A stretch of 64,000 bases of DNA from Alphaproteobacteria bacterium. Its GTDB lineage: Bacteria > Pseudomonadota > Alphaproteobacteria > GCA-2731375. The stretch covers positions 3,936,001-4,000,000 of the forward strand of contig CBDDPY010000002.1 of the NCBI GenBank assembly GCA_965232515.1, in the 5' to 3' direction. Shown one piece after another: positions 51,944-60,801 of this stretch. Position numbers and translations under genes: made by a program. How positions within the stretch are numbered: the first letter of the stretch is position 1; each line of letters starts with the position of its first letter. The notes beneath the pieces were generated by a model, which had not been told where the DNA came from, searched no databases, and worked only from the letters and a program-made list of their open reading frames with translations.

Positions 51944-52028
51944 GCTCGACCCGTCCCGCTCCCCCACCCGACCACCCATTGAGCATACTTCCGTGGGTGG
52001 TCGGGTGGGGGAGCGGGACGGGTCGAGC
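51944..52028. repeat. Perfect 35-bp inverted repeat with 15-nt loop
   Basis: GCTCGACCCGTCCCGCTCCCCCACCCGACCACCCA (51944-51978) and its exact reverse complement (51994-52028). Confidence 0.85.
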
Positions 52029-52061
52029 CAAACACCACAATCTCGTTTGGGAGTTGCGTTG

Positions 52062-52553
52062 ATGCCCGACCCGATAATCCGCCCGGCCCGCCCCGAGGAC
52101 GCCGACGAAATCGTCCGCCTGGTCCACGCGCTCGCCGAATACGAAAACGAGCCGGCCGACATCGTGAAGCTGACGGCCGACATGGTTCGCCGCGACGCCT
52201 TCGGCGACCGCCCGCGTTTCGAGGCGCTTTTGGCCGAGCATGACGGCGCGGTCGTGGGCCTCGCCCTCTTCTACGAGAACTACTCGACCTGGCAGTCCCG
52301 GCCGGGCCTGTTCCTGGAAGACCTGTTCGTCGAGGAACGCGTGCGCGGGCTCGGCCTCGGCCACAAGCTCATGGCCGCGCTCGCCGCCGTCGCTGTCGAA
52401 CGCGGCTACGGCCGCATCGACCTCGGCGTGCTGCACTGGAACCCGACCCGCGACTTCTACCACCGCCTCGGCTTCCACCACATCGACCAATGGCTCCCCT
52501 ACCGCCTCGAAGGCCCTGCCATCGCCGACCTGGCGAACGAGGCGGAAACTTAG
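52062..52553 (+). CDS. GNAT family N-acetyltransferase (SSAT-like)
   Basis: LAEYE, YSTWQSRPGLFLEDLFV, RGLGLG, VLHWN...FYHRLG. Confidence 0.92.
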   Translation: MPDPIIRPARPEDADEIVRLVHALAEYENEPADIVKLTADMVRRDAFGDRPRFEALLAEHDGAVVGLALFYENYSTWQSRPGLFLEDLFVEERVRGLGLGHKLMAALAAVAVERGYGRIDLGVLHWNPTRDFYHRLGFHHIDQWLPYRLEGPAIADLANEAET

Positions 52554-52576
52554 GAAAGCACGCCGCCGCCATTATC

Positions 52577-52646
52577 CGTCATCCTGGCGAAGGCCAGGAT
52601 CCACCTGCAGAATCAGCCGTGGATGCCGGCCTTCGCCGGCATGACG
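52577..52646. repeat. CGTC-type REP doublet, family A (upstream of GIY-YIG gene)
   Basis: CGTCATCCTGGCGAAGGCCAGGATCCA-16 nt-TGGATGCCGGCCTTCGCCGGCATGACG. Confidence 0.9.
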
Positions 52647-52674
52647 AACAGGGGTCGATTCACTAGAGTTCGAT

Positions 52675-52968
52675 ATGTACGAGCCTGGCTACGTCTACAT
52701 CATGACGAACCGCCGCAATGGCACGCTCTACATTGGCGTAACGTCCGATTTGGTAAGGCGCGCCTACGAACACCGTACCGGTACCGTTCCCGGCTTCACC
52801 AAACGCTATAGCCTGAAGAAACTCGTCTACTACGAAGTGCACGGCGACATCGAAGCCGCGATCGCACGGGAAAAAGCCATGAAAAACTGGCGGCGCGCTT
52901 GGAAGCTCAAACGCATCATTGAGATGAACCCGGGCTGGCGAGATCTGTTCGACGACATCGCCTCCTAG
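52675..52968 (+). CDS. Stand-alone GIY-YIG nuclease family protein
   Basis: GYVYIM...GTLYIGVTSDLVRRAYEH, FTKRY, AIAREKAMKNWRRAWK, NPGWRDL. Confidence 0.93.
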   Translation: MYEPGYVYIMTNRRNGTLYIGVTSDLVRRAYEHRTGTVPGFTKRYSLKKLVYYEVHGDIEAAIAREKAMKNWRRAWKLKRIIEMNPGWRDLFDDIAS

Positions 52969-53010
52969 TTCAAGGCGGTGTTACGAGCCCAACTTCAAAA
53001 ACACCAAGTC

Positions 53011-53079
53011 CGTCACCCCGGCGAAGGCCGGGGTCCACCTGCGACTGCTGTATGGATGCCGGCCTACGCCGGCATGACG
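53011..53079. repeat. CGTC-type REP doublet, family A (downstream of GIY-YIG gene)
   Basis: CGTCACCCCGGCGAAGGCCGGGGTCCA-15 nt-TGGATGCCGGCCTACGCCGGCATGACG. Confidence 0.9.
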
Positions 53080-53101
53080 ACGAGAAAGCTGTAACCGTTA
53101 G

Positions 53102-53171
53102 TGTCGTCCTGGCAAAGGCCGAAATCCAATCGCAGCATTAGCCATGGAAGCCAGCCTTCGCCGAGTTGACG
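53102..53171. repeat. Degenerate family A REP doublet
   Basis: TGTCGTCCTGGCAAAGGCCGAAATCCA-16 nt-TGGAAGCCAGCCTTCGCCGAGTTGACG. Confidence 0.7.
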
Positions 53172-53186
53172 ACGTCCGGACTGCCC

Positions 53187-54263
53187 TCACTCCGCCGCGG
53201 CGATGGTCTCCTCGACCCGGCGCTTGGCATCGAACTCCTCGGCGACCTGCTGGTCCTGGTCGAGCAGCGCACCAATGTCGATGTTGGGATCGGTGAATTC
53301 GAGCACGCCCATCTTCACATAAGCGTCCTGCACCTTCTCGCTCCACAGCCCGATGTCGCGCACGACGGGCACGATGCGCGAGAACAGGCGCGAGCGGAAC
53401 AGCCGCATGGCCTCCGACTTCTCGACCCACTCGATGCATTCCTTCTCCGGCAGGCCCAGCACGCCCCAGAGCTCGGCCGAGGTAAAGCGGTCGCGCATGT
53501 GCAGGCTGGCCTCGATCACGAACTCCTCGCGCTCGGCCCGCTCGGCCTCAGTCAGCTCGGGGTAGTATTCGCGCAGCGCCAGCCGGCCGAAGGCGACATG
53601 CCGAGCCTCGTCCTGCATGACATAGGCGTTCACCGAGGCGGCGAGCGGGTTCTGGCTCATGTCGCGAATAGCGTGGAAGGCGGCCAGCGCCAGGCCCTCG
53701 ATCAGCACCTGCATGCCGAGATAGGTGAAGTCCCAGCGCTTGTCGTGGACGATGTCCTCCAACAGCGCCTGCAACGGCCCGGTGATGGGATAGGCCAGCT
53801 CGAACTTCTCGTGCAGCAGCCGGGAATAGGCCTCGACATGCCGGGCCTCGTCTATCACTTGCGTCGCCGCGTAGAACTTGGCGTTGATGTCGGGCACCTG
53901 CTCGACGATCTTGGCGGTGCAGATCAGCGCGCCCTGCTCGCCGTGCAGGAACTGCGAGATCTGCCAGGCCTGGGCATGGTGGCGCAGCTTGACCTTCTCC
54001 TTGTCGGTCAGCTTGTCCCAATAGGGCGAGCCGTAGATGCGGATCATCTCGTCCGGCATCATCATCGGGTTCTCGGGGTCCAGGTCCTGCGACCAGTCGA
54101 TGCGGTCTGCCGCGTCCCACTGCTGCTTCTTGCCCTTGTCGTAGAGCTTCAGCAGGCTGTCGCTGGCGTCCTCGTACTCCCAGGTGAACCGCACCTCGTT
54201 CTCGCCGTCGAGCTTCCACTCGGTCTGCTCGACCGGCAACGTATACCGATGCACTGATGCCAT
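53187..54263 (-). CDS. Ferritin-like diiron protein (AurF/N-oxygenase-like)
   Basis: QFLHGEQGAL, DEARHVE, LIEGLAL, DEARHVAFG: two ExxH diiron motifs. Confidence 0.85.
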   Translation of the reverse strand: MASVHRYTLPVEQTEWKLDGENEVRFTWEYEDASDSLLKLYDKGKKQQWDAADRIDWSQDLDPENPMMMPDEMIRIYGSPYWDKLTDKEKVKLRHHAQAWQISQFLHGEQGALICTAKIVEQVPDINAKFYAATQVIDEARHVEAYSRLLHEKFELAYPITGPLQALLEDIVHDKRWDFTYLGMQVLIEGLALAAFHAIRDMSQNPLAASVNAYVMQDEARHVAFGRLALREYYPELTEAERAEREEFVIEASLHMRDRFTSAELWGVLGLPEKECIEWVEKSEAMRLFRSRLFSRIVPVVRDIGLWSEKVQDAYVKMGVLEFTDPNIDIGALLDQDQQVAEEFDAKRRVEETIAAAE

Positions 54264-54376
54264 TCCCAAATCTCCCCGGCGTTGTGGCCCTCTAGCGTTT
54301 TCGCCTTGCGTGGTTTGATGTCCGTGTTTGATGTCTGCGGCGCCTGTTCCTCCCCTTGACATGCCCAGGCACCTTA

Positions 54377-54404
54377 AAACAGAATTAGAATTCTAGTTCT
54401 GTTT
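54377..54404. promoter_or_regulatory. Putative TetR operator
   Basis: 28-bp palindrome AAACAGAATTAGAATTCTAGTTCTGTTT (one mismatched pair) between divergent diiron and TetR genes. Confidence 0.75.
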
Positions 54405-54430
54405 AGAGTCAAGCGGCAAGATCGGTCACA

Positions 54431-55084
54431 ATGTCGTCAGTCACGGATATCGCGCGCACGCCGCGCCGCCGACCGGCGCCCGCCAAGCAGCAGCGCGGCC
54501 AACGCACCCGCGGCCTGCTGCTGGATGTGGGCAAGCGGCTGATCGAGGACCGCGACTACGATCAGTTCGGCGTCGCCGACATCGTCGCCGCCGCCGGCTC
54601 GTCGACCGGCGCCTTCTATCACCACTTCACCGACAAGGAGGCCTATCTCGACGCCGTCGTCGATGCTGTGATCGAGCGGCTCTGGCAGCGCTTCGAGGCC
54701 GAGTTCAGCGCCGAGGTTCTGGCGCCGCTGCCGACCGCGGCGCTGCTCGGACGCGCGGTTCTGTTCATCCGGGGGATCATGCGCGACAACCAGGGCCTGA
54801 TCCGCACCACGTTCCGCAAGTCGCTGGACGATCCCGAGGCCTGGGCCCCGGTGCGCGCCTTCGGCCGGGCTTACCAGGCCCGCATCGCCGAGCTGCTGGC
54901 CTCGCGTGCCGGCGATCTCGGCCGCGACGACTGGCAGGACGGCTTCCGCTTCGGCATGCAGATGATCTACGCCACGCTGTTCAACGCCATCGTCAACCGC
55001 CCGGGCCCGCTCGCCATCGAAGACCAGGCGATGGTCGACGAGCTGACCCGCATGCTCACCGGCTATCTCCAGGTACGCGGCTAG
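54431..55084 (+). CDS. TetR/AcrR family regulator
   Basis: QQRGQRTR...VADIVAAAGSSTGAFYHHFTDKEA. Confidence 0.92.
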   Translation: MSSVTDIARTPRRRPAPAKQQRGQRTRGLLLDVGKRLIEDRDYDQFGVADIVAAAGSSTGAFYHHFTDKEAYLDAVVDAVIERLWQRFEAEFSAEVLAPLPTAALLGRAVLFIRGIMRDNQGLIRTTFRKSLDDPEAWAPVRAFGRAYQARIAELLASRAGDLGRDDWQDGFRFGMQMIYATLFNAIVNRPGPLAIEDQAMVDELTRMLTGYLQVRG

Positions 55085-55120
55085 CCCGACATCCGCCGAC
55101 ACGTGCTAACATCGCCGTGC

Positions 55121-55741
55121 ATGGCGATCCCAGCAACGAACAGCAAATGGCGCGCGCCTGGCATCGCGCTTATTGGGGCCGCCGTCCTGGCCGCGACCGC
55201 GCCGGCGGCGGCGAACAACCGGCAACACGCGGCCGACGCGGAGTACGCCGTGCTGGGTTTTACCCCCGGCGAACGCCTGCACGACCTGAGCTTCCGCGAT
55301 CCCGCCGGCCGGCCGATGCACCTCTGGCGTCTGCGCGGCCACATCGTCGTCGTGCATCTCTGGGCCTCGGCCTGCGATCCCTGTCGCCGCGCCTGGCCGC
55401 ACCTGCAACGGCTCTACGACGACCTGCGTGACGAACCCGACGTCGCCTTCGTCGTCCTCAACAGCGACGAGGACCACGACGTCGGCGCGCGCTGGGCGCG
55501 GGCACGCGGCTATACCGTGCCGCTCTCGAACGCGCACCGCTACACGCTCACCGATCTGCCGCGCACCTTCCTGCTCGACCGCAACGGCATCATCGCCGCC
55601 CACCGCCACGCCAACGACGGCCAACCGCCGATCAACGCCCAACAAGTCCGCGACCTGATCCGCACCGCCCCGCCCGTCGCCACGACCGCGCCCGCCAGCC
55701 TGCACGAGTTGATCAGCATCTTCGTCCGCGAAAACGAATAG
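55121..55741 (+). CDS. TlpA-like thioredoxin-fold protein
   Basis: N-terminal signal/TM; LRGHIVVVHLWASACDPC (CxxC), LPRTFLLDRNG cis-Pro loop. Confidence 0.75.
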   Translation: MAIPATNSKWRAPGIALIGAAVLAATAPAAANNRQHAADAEYAVLGFTPGERLHDLSFRDPAGRPMHLWRLRGHIVVVHLWASACDPCRRAWPHLQRLYDDLRDEPDVAFVVLNSDEDHDVGARWARARGYTVPLSNAHRYTLTDLPRTFLLDRNGIIAAHRHANDGQPPINAQQVRDLIRTAPPVATTAPASLHELISIFVRENE

Positions 55742-55766
55742 CGCGCCGGGTGAACGCACCGTTATC

Positions 55767-55863
55767 ACCACAGAGAGCACAGAGGACACAGGACACCGAG
55801 TAGTTTTTTCGGGCGCGAAACGCCCAGATCCACTTGCTCTGTGTGCTCTGTGCCCTCTGTGGT
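55767..55863. repeat. MITE-like periodic-TIR element (copy 2)
   Basis: ACCACAGAGAGCACAGAGGACACAG ... CTCTGTGTGCTCTGTGCCCTCTGTGGT; internal GGGCGCGAAACGCCC shared with copy 1. Confidence 0.8.
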
Positions 55864-55878
55864 TCATCAAGCAGCTGG

Positions 55879-56811
55879 TCAGGTTCGACCCTCGGCCCGC
55901 ATCCAGTCGAGATAGCGCGCAATGCCTTCATGCAGGCTCACCTCGGGCCGCCAACCCAGATCCCGTTCGGCCGCCGAGATGTCGAGCGGCCCGCGCGTCT
56001 GATCTCCAGGATCGGCACCTTCGCCCAGCCGGATGTCGGCCGCCGGCAGCAGCTTGCGCACGACCTCGGCGACGGCGTCGAGCGGCAGCCATTCGTCCCC
56101 GGCAATGTTGTAGGCGGCGTCCGGCTGACGGATCGCGTCCGCCGGCGCATCGAGCGCCGCCGTGACGGCGGCGACCGCATCGTCGACGTAGAGCCAGGGC
56201 CGGTAATGCCCGATGCCGTGGTCATAGACCGTCGGCCGACCGGCCAGCGCGTCGGCCAAAAACGCGCGGATCTGCGAGAACGTCGTACGCCGCGGCCCAT
56301 AGACCGCGCCGACCCTGAGCGCCACCGCATCGACGCCCCAATCGGCCCGATAGCTGCGCATCACCGCTTCGCCCGCGACCTTGCTGGCGCCATAGGCCTC
56401 CGTCGCCCGCAGCGCCGTGGCCTCGTCGATCATCCCCGGCGGCACATCGCCATAGGCGACGTTCGACGACATGAACACCACGCGCTCCAGCCCGAACCGC
56501 CGCGCGGCCTCGAACACGTTCACCGTGCCGCCGATATTGATCTCGAACACCTTGCCCGGATCGTCCGGCAACACCATCGGCCCAGAGATCCCGCCGCAAT
56601 GCACGATCCGCCGCGCCTCGTGCTCGCTCACCGCCCAGCTTAAGCGCTCGGCATCCCGCACATCCCCTGTCACCAACGGCCATTCCGGCGCGCCCTCGGC
56701 CGGCGGCGCAAGGTCATACCCCACAACCCGCCGCCCCTGGCCCCACAACCGCGCCGCCAACGCCCACCCGATCAACCCGCCGCAACCGGTGATGAGGACG
56801 GTGTCGGTCAT
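55879..56811 (-). CDS. NAD-dependent epimerase/dehydratase
   Basis: ITGCGGLIG, SSNVAYG, YGASK, VYGP, LYVDDA. Confidence 0.9.
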   Translation of the reverse strand: MTDTVLITGCGGLIGWALAARLWGQGRRVVGYDLAPPAEGAPEWPLVTGDVRDAERLSWAVSEHEARRIVHCGGISGPMVLPDDPGKVFEINIGGTVNVFEAARRFGLERVVFMSSNVAYGDVPPGMIDEATALRATEAYGASKVAGEAVMRSYRADWGVDAVALRVGAVYGPRRTTFSQIRAFLADALAGRPTVYDHGIGHYRPWLYVDDAVAAVTAALDAPADAIRQPDAAYNIAGDEWLPLDAVAEVVRKLLPAADIRLGEGADPGDQTRGPLDISAAERDLGWRPEVSLHEGIARYLDWMRAEGRT

Positions 56812-56838
56812 GGCGCGCGACTCGGCTGCCTCTCAACG

Positions 56839-56869
56839 CGTCATCGCCGGATCAAGTCCGGCAATGACG
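56839..56869. repeat. Collapsed family B REP (single hairpin with both CGTC ends)
   Basis: CGTCATCGCCGGATCAAGTCCGGCAATGACG. Confidence 0.65.
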
Positions 56870-56900
56870 AGGTGGGACAATGGCGTCGCGGGCACGGACC

Positions 56901-58094
56901 CTAAGAAGCTAAAGGCAAACAGCTCGGCCCGATCGGCTCGAAGCTCTTGTAGGTCAGGATGAATTCCTGGTGGCCGAGGGCCTCCGAGCAGGTCTGCTGG
57001 CCGCGGCCGACGGCCTGGATCAGGTCGTAGATCTCGCGGCCGACGTCGTCGAGATTGGCCTTGCCATCCAAAATCCGGCCGGCGTCGACGTCCATGTCGT
57101 CGGCCATGCGCTTATAGGTATCGGGGTTGGCGCAGACCTTGATCACCGGCGAGATCGCCGAGCCGACGACCGAGCCGCGCCCGGTGGAGAACAGCACCAC
57201 CTGCGCGCCGCAGGCGATCAGCTCGGCCACCTCCTGGTTGTCGTTCATGCTGGGATAGCCGAAGCGTGGCTCACCGTCCGGCACCATGTCCAGGAGGTAC
57301 AGCCCGCCCGCCGGCGGCCGGTCGCCCGGCTTCAGCAGGCCGGAGATCGGCGACGCCCCGCTCTTGGCATAGGCCCCCATCGACTTCTCCTCGATGGTCG
57401 TCAAGCCGCCGTCGGCGTTGCCGGGCGAGATGCTGGCATGGCCCATGGTCTGGTAGTAGTCGCCGGCCTTGCCGACGCAGCGGATGATCTCGTCGGCGAG
57501 GTCCGGCGTCACCGCCCGGTCGGCCATGTAATGCTCGCAGCCGATCAGCTCGCCGGTTTCCTCGAAGATGCCGGCGCCGCCGTCCGCGATCAGGAAATCG
57601 AAGGCGCGGCCCATGGCCGGATTTGCCGTCAGGCCGCTGGTTGCGTCCGAGCCGCCGCAGATCGTGCCGACCACCAGCTCGTCGACGCCGACATCGACCT
57701 CAGGCGTGTCGCGCAGGTCCTTGAGCGTCGCTTCGATCCAGGCCTGGCCCTCGGCGATCGCCTTGGCCGTGCCGCCGACCTCCTGGATCACGGCCAGATG
57801 CGCCGGACGGTCCGAGGCCTGCACGTGCGCCAGCAGCCCTGATTTGTCGAAGCTCTCGCAGCCCAGGCTCACCAGCATGGCGCCGCCCACGTTCGGGTGG
57901 GTGCAGAGCCGGCGCATCATGTCGTCGGCATAGTCGTTCGGGAAGCAGCCGGGAAAGCCGATCACATGCACGCCGTCACGCCGGAACGGCAGGGCGATCT
58001 CGCGCGCCACGTGATGCGCGCACTCCACCAGATAGGCGACGACGATGACGTTGCGGATGCCCTTGCGACCGTCCGATCTCAGATACCCGCGCAT
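56901..58094 (-). CDS. UxaA family dehydratase, large subunit
   Basis: GYLRSDGRKGIRN, HPNVGG, CGGSDATSG, PGNADGGLTTIEEKSMG, FSTGRGS. Confidence 0.9.
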   Translation of the reverse strand: MRGYLRSDGRKGIRNVIVVAYLVECAHHVAREIALPFRRDGVHVIGFPGCFPNDYADDMMRRLCTHPNVGGAMLVSLGCESFDKSGLLAHVQASDRPAHLAVIQEVGGTAKAIAEGQAWIEATLKDLRDTPEVDVGVDELVVGTICGGSDATSGLTANPAMGRAFDFLIADGGAGIFEETGELIGCEHYMADRAVTPDLADEIIRCVGKAGDYYQTMGHASISPGNADGGLTTIEEKSMGAYAKSGASPISGLLKPGDRPPAGGLYLLDMVPDGEPRFGYPSMNDNQEVAELIACGAQVVLFSTGRGSVVGSAISPVIKVCANPDTYKRMADDMDVDAGRILDGKANLDDVGREIYDLIQAVGRGQQTCSEALGHQEFILTYKSFEPIGPSCLPLAS

Positions 58095-58420
58095 CAGCCC
58101 GCCTCCCGTCGCTTCAGATAGGCATTCTCGCCATCGATGGTGTAAGTCGGGATGTAGTCGCTCTGCATGTTGTGGATGTGCACGTAGTCGCCGACCGCGA
58201 TGTCGCGCGTCGCCGAGCCCACCGGCGCGCCGTATTTCAAGACCTTCTCACCGGTCGCGATCGGCCGCACCGCGATCTTGTGGCCATAGCCCGCGTGCAT
58301 GCCGAGCGCATACTCGGCATCGCCGATCCGCAACGCCTCGCCGGCCCGCACATTGGCGCGCAGCACGGCGATGTTGTCCTCCGGCGATATCAGCAACAGC
58401 CGCGGATCCAAGTCATCCAT
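58094..58420 (-). CDS. UxaA family dehydratase, SAF-domain small subunit
   Basis: PEDNIAV, GHKIAV, KYGAPVG, GDYVHIHNM. Confidence 0.9.
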   Translation of the reverse strand: MDDLDPRLLLISPEDNIAVLRANVRAGEALRIGDAEYALGMHAGYGHKIAVRPIATGEKVLKYGAPVGSATRDIAVGDYVHIHNMQSDYIPTYTIDGENAYLKRREAG

Positions 58421-58509
58421 GGCATCCTCCTCCCAACGCCAGCTTAGCACTTCGCGCATCCGCGGAATATGATGCCGACGTCGGGGGAGGGCTGCACGTC
58501 AGATGGTTC

Positions 58510-58618
58510 ACCACAGAGACACAGAGATACCGGAAAGGCCGCGACCGCCGAGACAGATGCGGCCTTCGCTTGAGAAAAAATCGTTTTCCCTTCTCTGTGT
58601 CCTCTGTGTCTCTGTGGT
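58510..58618. repeat. MITE-like periodic-TIR element (copy 3)
   Basis: ACCACAGAGACACAGAG ... CTCTGTGTCCTCTGTGTCTCTGTGGT; internal AAGGCCGC/GCGGCCTT stem. Confidence 0.78.
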
Positions 58619-58645
58619 TAGTCCAACTTCAGTGTTGGTATAGGT

Positions 58646-59662
58646 TTGACAGACACAAACGATAACTTGCCGGAAGTCCTGCGAAAGGCGCTGCTAAACC
58701 GGTTCGGCAGCGATATCGAGGTCGCCGATCTGCGCAAGCTGTCGGGCGGGGCCAGCCGCGAAACCTGGGCCTTCGATGCCATCGACGCCGCCGGCGGGCG
58801 CCACCCGCTGATCCTGAAGCGCGACCCCGTCGGCGCCCACGTCGAAGACGCCGCCGGCGTTGACGCCGAACTCGGCGTCGACCGCCTGACCGAGGGCCGC
58901 CTGTTCGCCGCCGCCAACGCGGCCGGCGTGCCCGCACCCGCGGTGCACGCCCTCCTGCCCGCCGACGCCAACACCAGCGCCGGCTTCGTCATGGACCGGA
59001 TCGACGGCCTCGTGCTCGGCCGCCACGTTCTGCGCGACCCCGCGCTCGCGGACGCCCGACCGCGCCTCGCCCGCCAGTGCGGCGAGATCCTGGCCCACCT
59101 GCATGCGATGCCGGCCGACACCCTGCCGCCGCTGAAGACGCTCGACCCCAGCGACCTGCTGCAAGTCTACCGCGACCTGCTCGACCGCATCGGCCATCCC
59201 TATCCCGGCTTCGAATACGGCCTCTGCTGGCTCGACGAGCGCCGCGAATTCTGGAGCGGCCGGCGCACGCCGGTGCACGGCGACTTCCGCATCGGCAATC
59301 TGGTCATCGGCCCGGACGGCGTCCGCGCCGTGCTGGACTGGGAGCTCGCCCATCTCGGCGATCCGCTGTTCGATCTCGGCTGGCTCTGCATCCCCGCCTG
59401 GCGCTATGGCGAAATCGACAAGCCGGTCGGCGGCGTCGGCGACCGCGCGGACCTGCTCGCCGGCTACGCCGCGGCCGGCGGCGGTCAGGTCAGCCTCGAG
59501 GCCCTGCACTACTGGGAAGCCTTCGGCTGCCTGCGCTGGGGCATGCTGTGCCTGATCATGGGTTTCGCGCATCTCGACGGCCGGCAACGCTCCATCGAAT
59601 ACGCCGCCATCGGCCGCCGCACGGCCGAGACCGAGCATGACCTTCTGGCGCTGATCGACTGA
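58646..59662 (+). CDS. Aminoglycoside-phosphotransferase-like (ACAD10/11 N-terminal type) protein
   Basis: LSGGASRETW, VHGDFRIGN, LDWELAHLGDP. Confidence 0.9.
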   Translation: MTDTNDNLPEVLRKALLNRFGSDIEVADLRKLSGGASRETWAFDAIDAAGGRHPLILKRDPVGAHVEDAAGVDAELGVDRLTEGRLFAAANAAGVPAPAVHALLPADANTSAGFVMDRIDGLVLGRHVLRDPALADARPRLARQCGEILAHLHAMPADTLPPLKTLDPSDLLQVYRDLLDRIGHPYPGFEYGLCWLDERREFWSGRRTPVHGDFRIGNLVIGPDGVRAVLDWELAHLGDPLFDLGWLCIPAWRYGEIDKPVGGVGDRADLLAGYAAAGGGQVSLEALHYWEAFGCLRWGMLCLIMGFAHLDGRQRSIEYAAIGRRTAETEHDLLALID

Positions 59663-60042
59663 TGCCGCAGGACCGCCCCACCGCCGCCGAGCTGGTCGAG
59701 GCCGTGATCGACTTCCTCGCCGACGAGAACGCGTCGAACGACACCGAGCAGGCCACCTTCCACCGCCGCGTCGCCCGCAACGCCCTCGCCATCGCATTGC
59801 GCGACCTGCACGATGGCCTGGCGCTCGCCACCGCCGAACGCGACCGTCTCATCGACCTGCTCGGCCAGGACGGTGACCTCGCCAGCCTCAACGCCGAGCT
59901 CGCCCGCCGCATCCGCAGCGGCGACCCCAATCTCGACCGCCCGCGCCTGCTCGCCCACCTCCGCGCCACCGCCCGCGACAAGCTCGCCCTCGCCAATCCC
60001 CGCTACGCGACGCAGCAGCCTCGGATAAAAACGAAAAACTGA
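59662..60042 (+). CDS. DUF6285-like small helical protein, partner of the phosphotransferase
   Basis: QDRPTAAELVEAV, RVARNAL, KLALANPRY; TGATG coupling. Confidence 0.8.
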   Translation: MPQDRPTAAELVEAVIDFLADENASNDTEQATFHRRVARNALAIALRDLHDGLALATAERDRLIDLLGQDGDLASLNAELARRIRSGDPNLDRPRLLAHLRATARDKLALANPRYATQQPRIKTKN

Positions 60043-60045
60043 TTC

Positions 60046-60162
60046 CACCGCAAAGACACGAAGACACAAAGATGCGGAATCGGTTGCGGCCATCGACGCC
60101 GGTACAGGCACAGCCTGACGAACCAATTTGTTTCTTCTTCGTGTCTTTGCGTCTTTGTGGTG
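60046..60162. repeat. MITE-like periodic-TIR element (copy 4, 8-bp period variant)
   Basis: CACCGCAAAGACACGAAGACACAAAG ... CTTCGTGTCTTTGCGTCTTTGTGGTG. Confidence 0.72.
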
Positions 60163-60254
60163 AAAACCTATCGCCCGTCGAACCTGTCCTTACCGTTCAA
60201 GTCTTTGACTCCACGGCACCGCGCGCTACGATGGCGGAAGAACAGGAGTGGAAC

Positions 60255-60779
60255 ATGCCCTTCGATCCCGCCGCCCAGCCGCCCGGTCTCGCCGAGCCAA
60301 TCGACGACTTCGATCCCGATCCGGCCGACCTGCTGGCGCGCGGCGTGGCGCGGCTGTTGACCGGTCTCGGTTACGCCAGCCTCACCGAGTTCACCCTGCG
60401 CTCGGGCCGCCGCGCCGACGTCGCCGGGCTCGACAAGAAGGGCCGCCTGCTGATCGTCGAGATCAAGCGCTCGCTCGCCGACTTCCGGGCCGACGCGAAA
60501 TGGCCGGACTATCTCGACTATTGCGATCTCTTCTATTTCGCCGTGCCGCAGGGCTTTCCGCTCGACGTGCTGCCCGACGACACCGGCCTGATGCTGGCCG
60601 ACCGCTACGGCGCCGAGATCGTCCGCCCGGCGGCCGCGGCGCAGACGGCGCTGCACGCCAGCCGCCGCCGCGAGGTCATCAACCGCTTCGCCCGCAGCGC
60701 TGCCACCCGACTGACCCAGCTCCACGACCCGCAGCCCGAAACCCCCGCCGCCGGCCACCGCCGCGGCCTCAGTCTCTGA
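60255..60779 (+). CDS. mmcB: MmcB family putative DNA repair endonuclease
   Basis: ARGVARLL, EFTLRSGRRADV, IVEIKRSLADFRADAKWPDYLDYCD, GLMLADRYGA. Confidence 0.88.
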   Translation: MPFDPAAQPPGLAEPIDDFDPDPADLLARGVARLLTGLGYASLTEFTLRSGRRADVAGLDKKGRLLIVEIKRSLADFRADAKWPDYLDYCDLFYFAVPQGFPLDVLPDDTGLMLADRYGAEIVRPAAAAQTALHASRRREVINRFARSAATRLTQLHDPQPETPAAGHRRGLSL

Positions 60780-60801
60780 GCGGCCCGCGTTCCGTTGGAC
60801 G

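Noticed and set aside
52577-53171. CRISPR array interpretation of the repeated 27-bp palindromes
   Set aside because: Units alternate in orientation, spacers are only 15-16 nt, a gene interrupts the series and no cas genes are present.
56901-58420. Split UxaA as a frameshifted pseudogene
   Set aside because: Both parts have proper starts, RBS and TGATG coupling; two-subunit UxaA-family enzymes are established.
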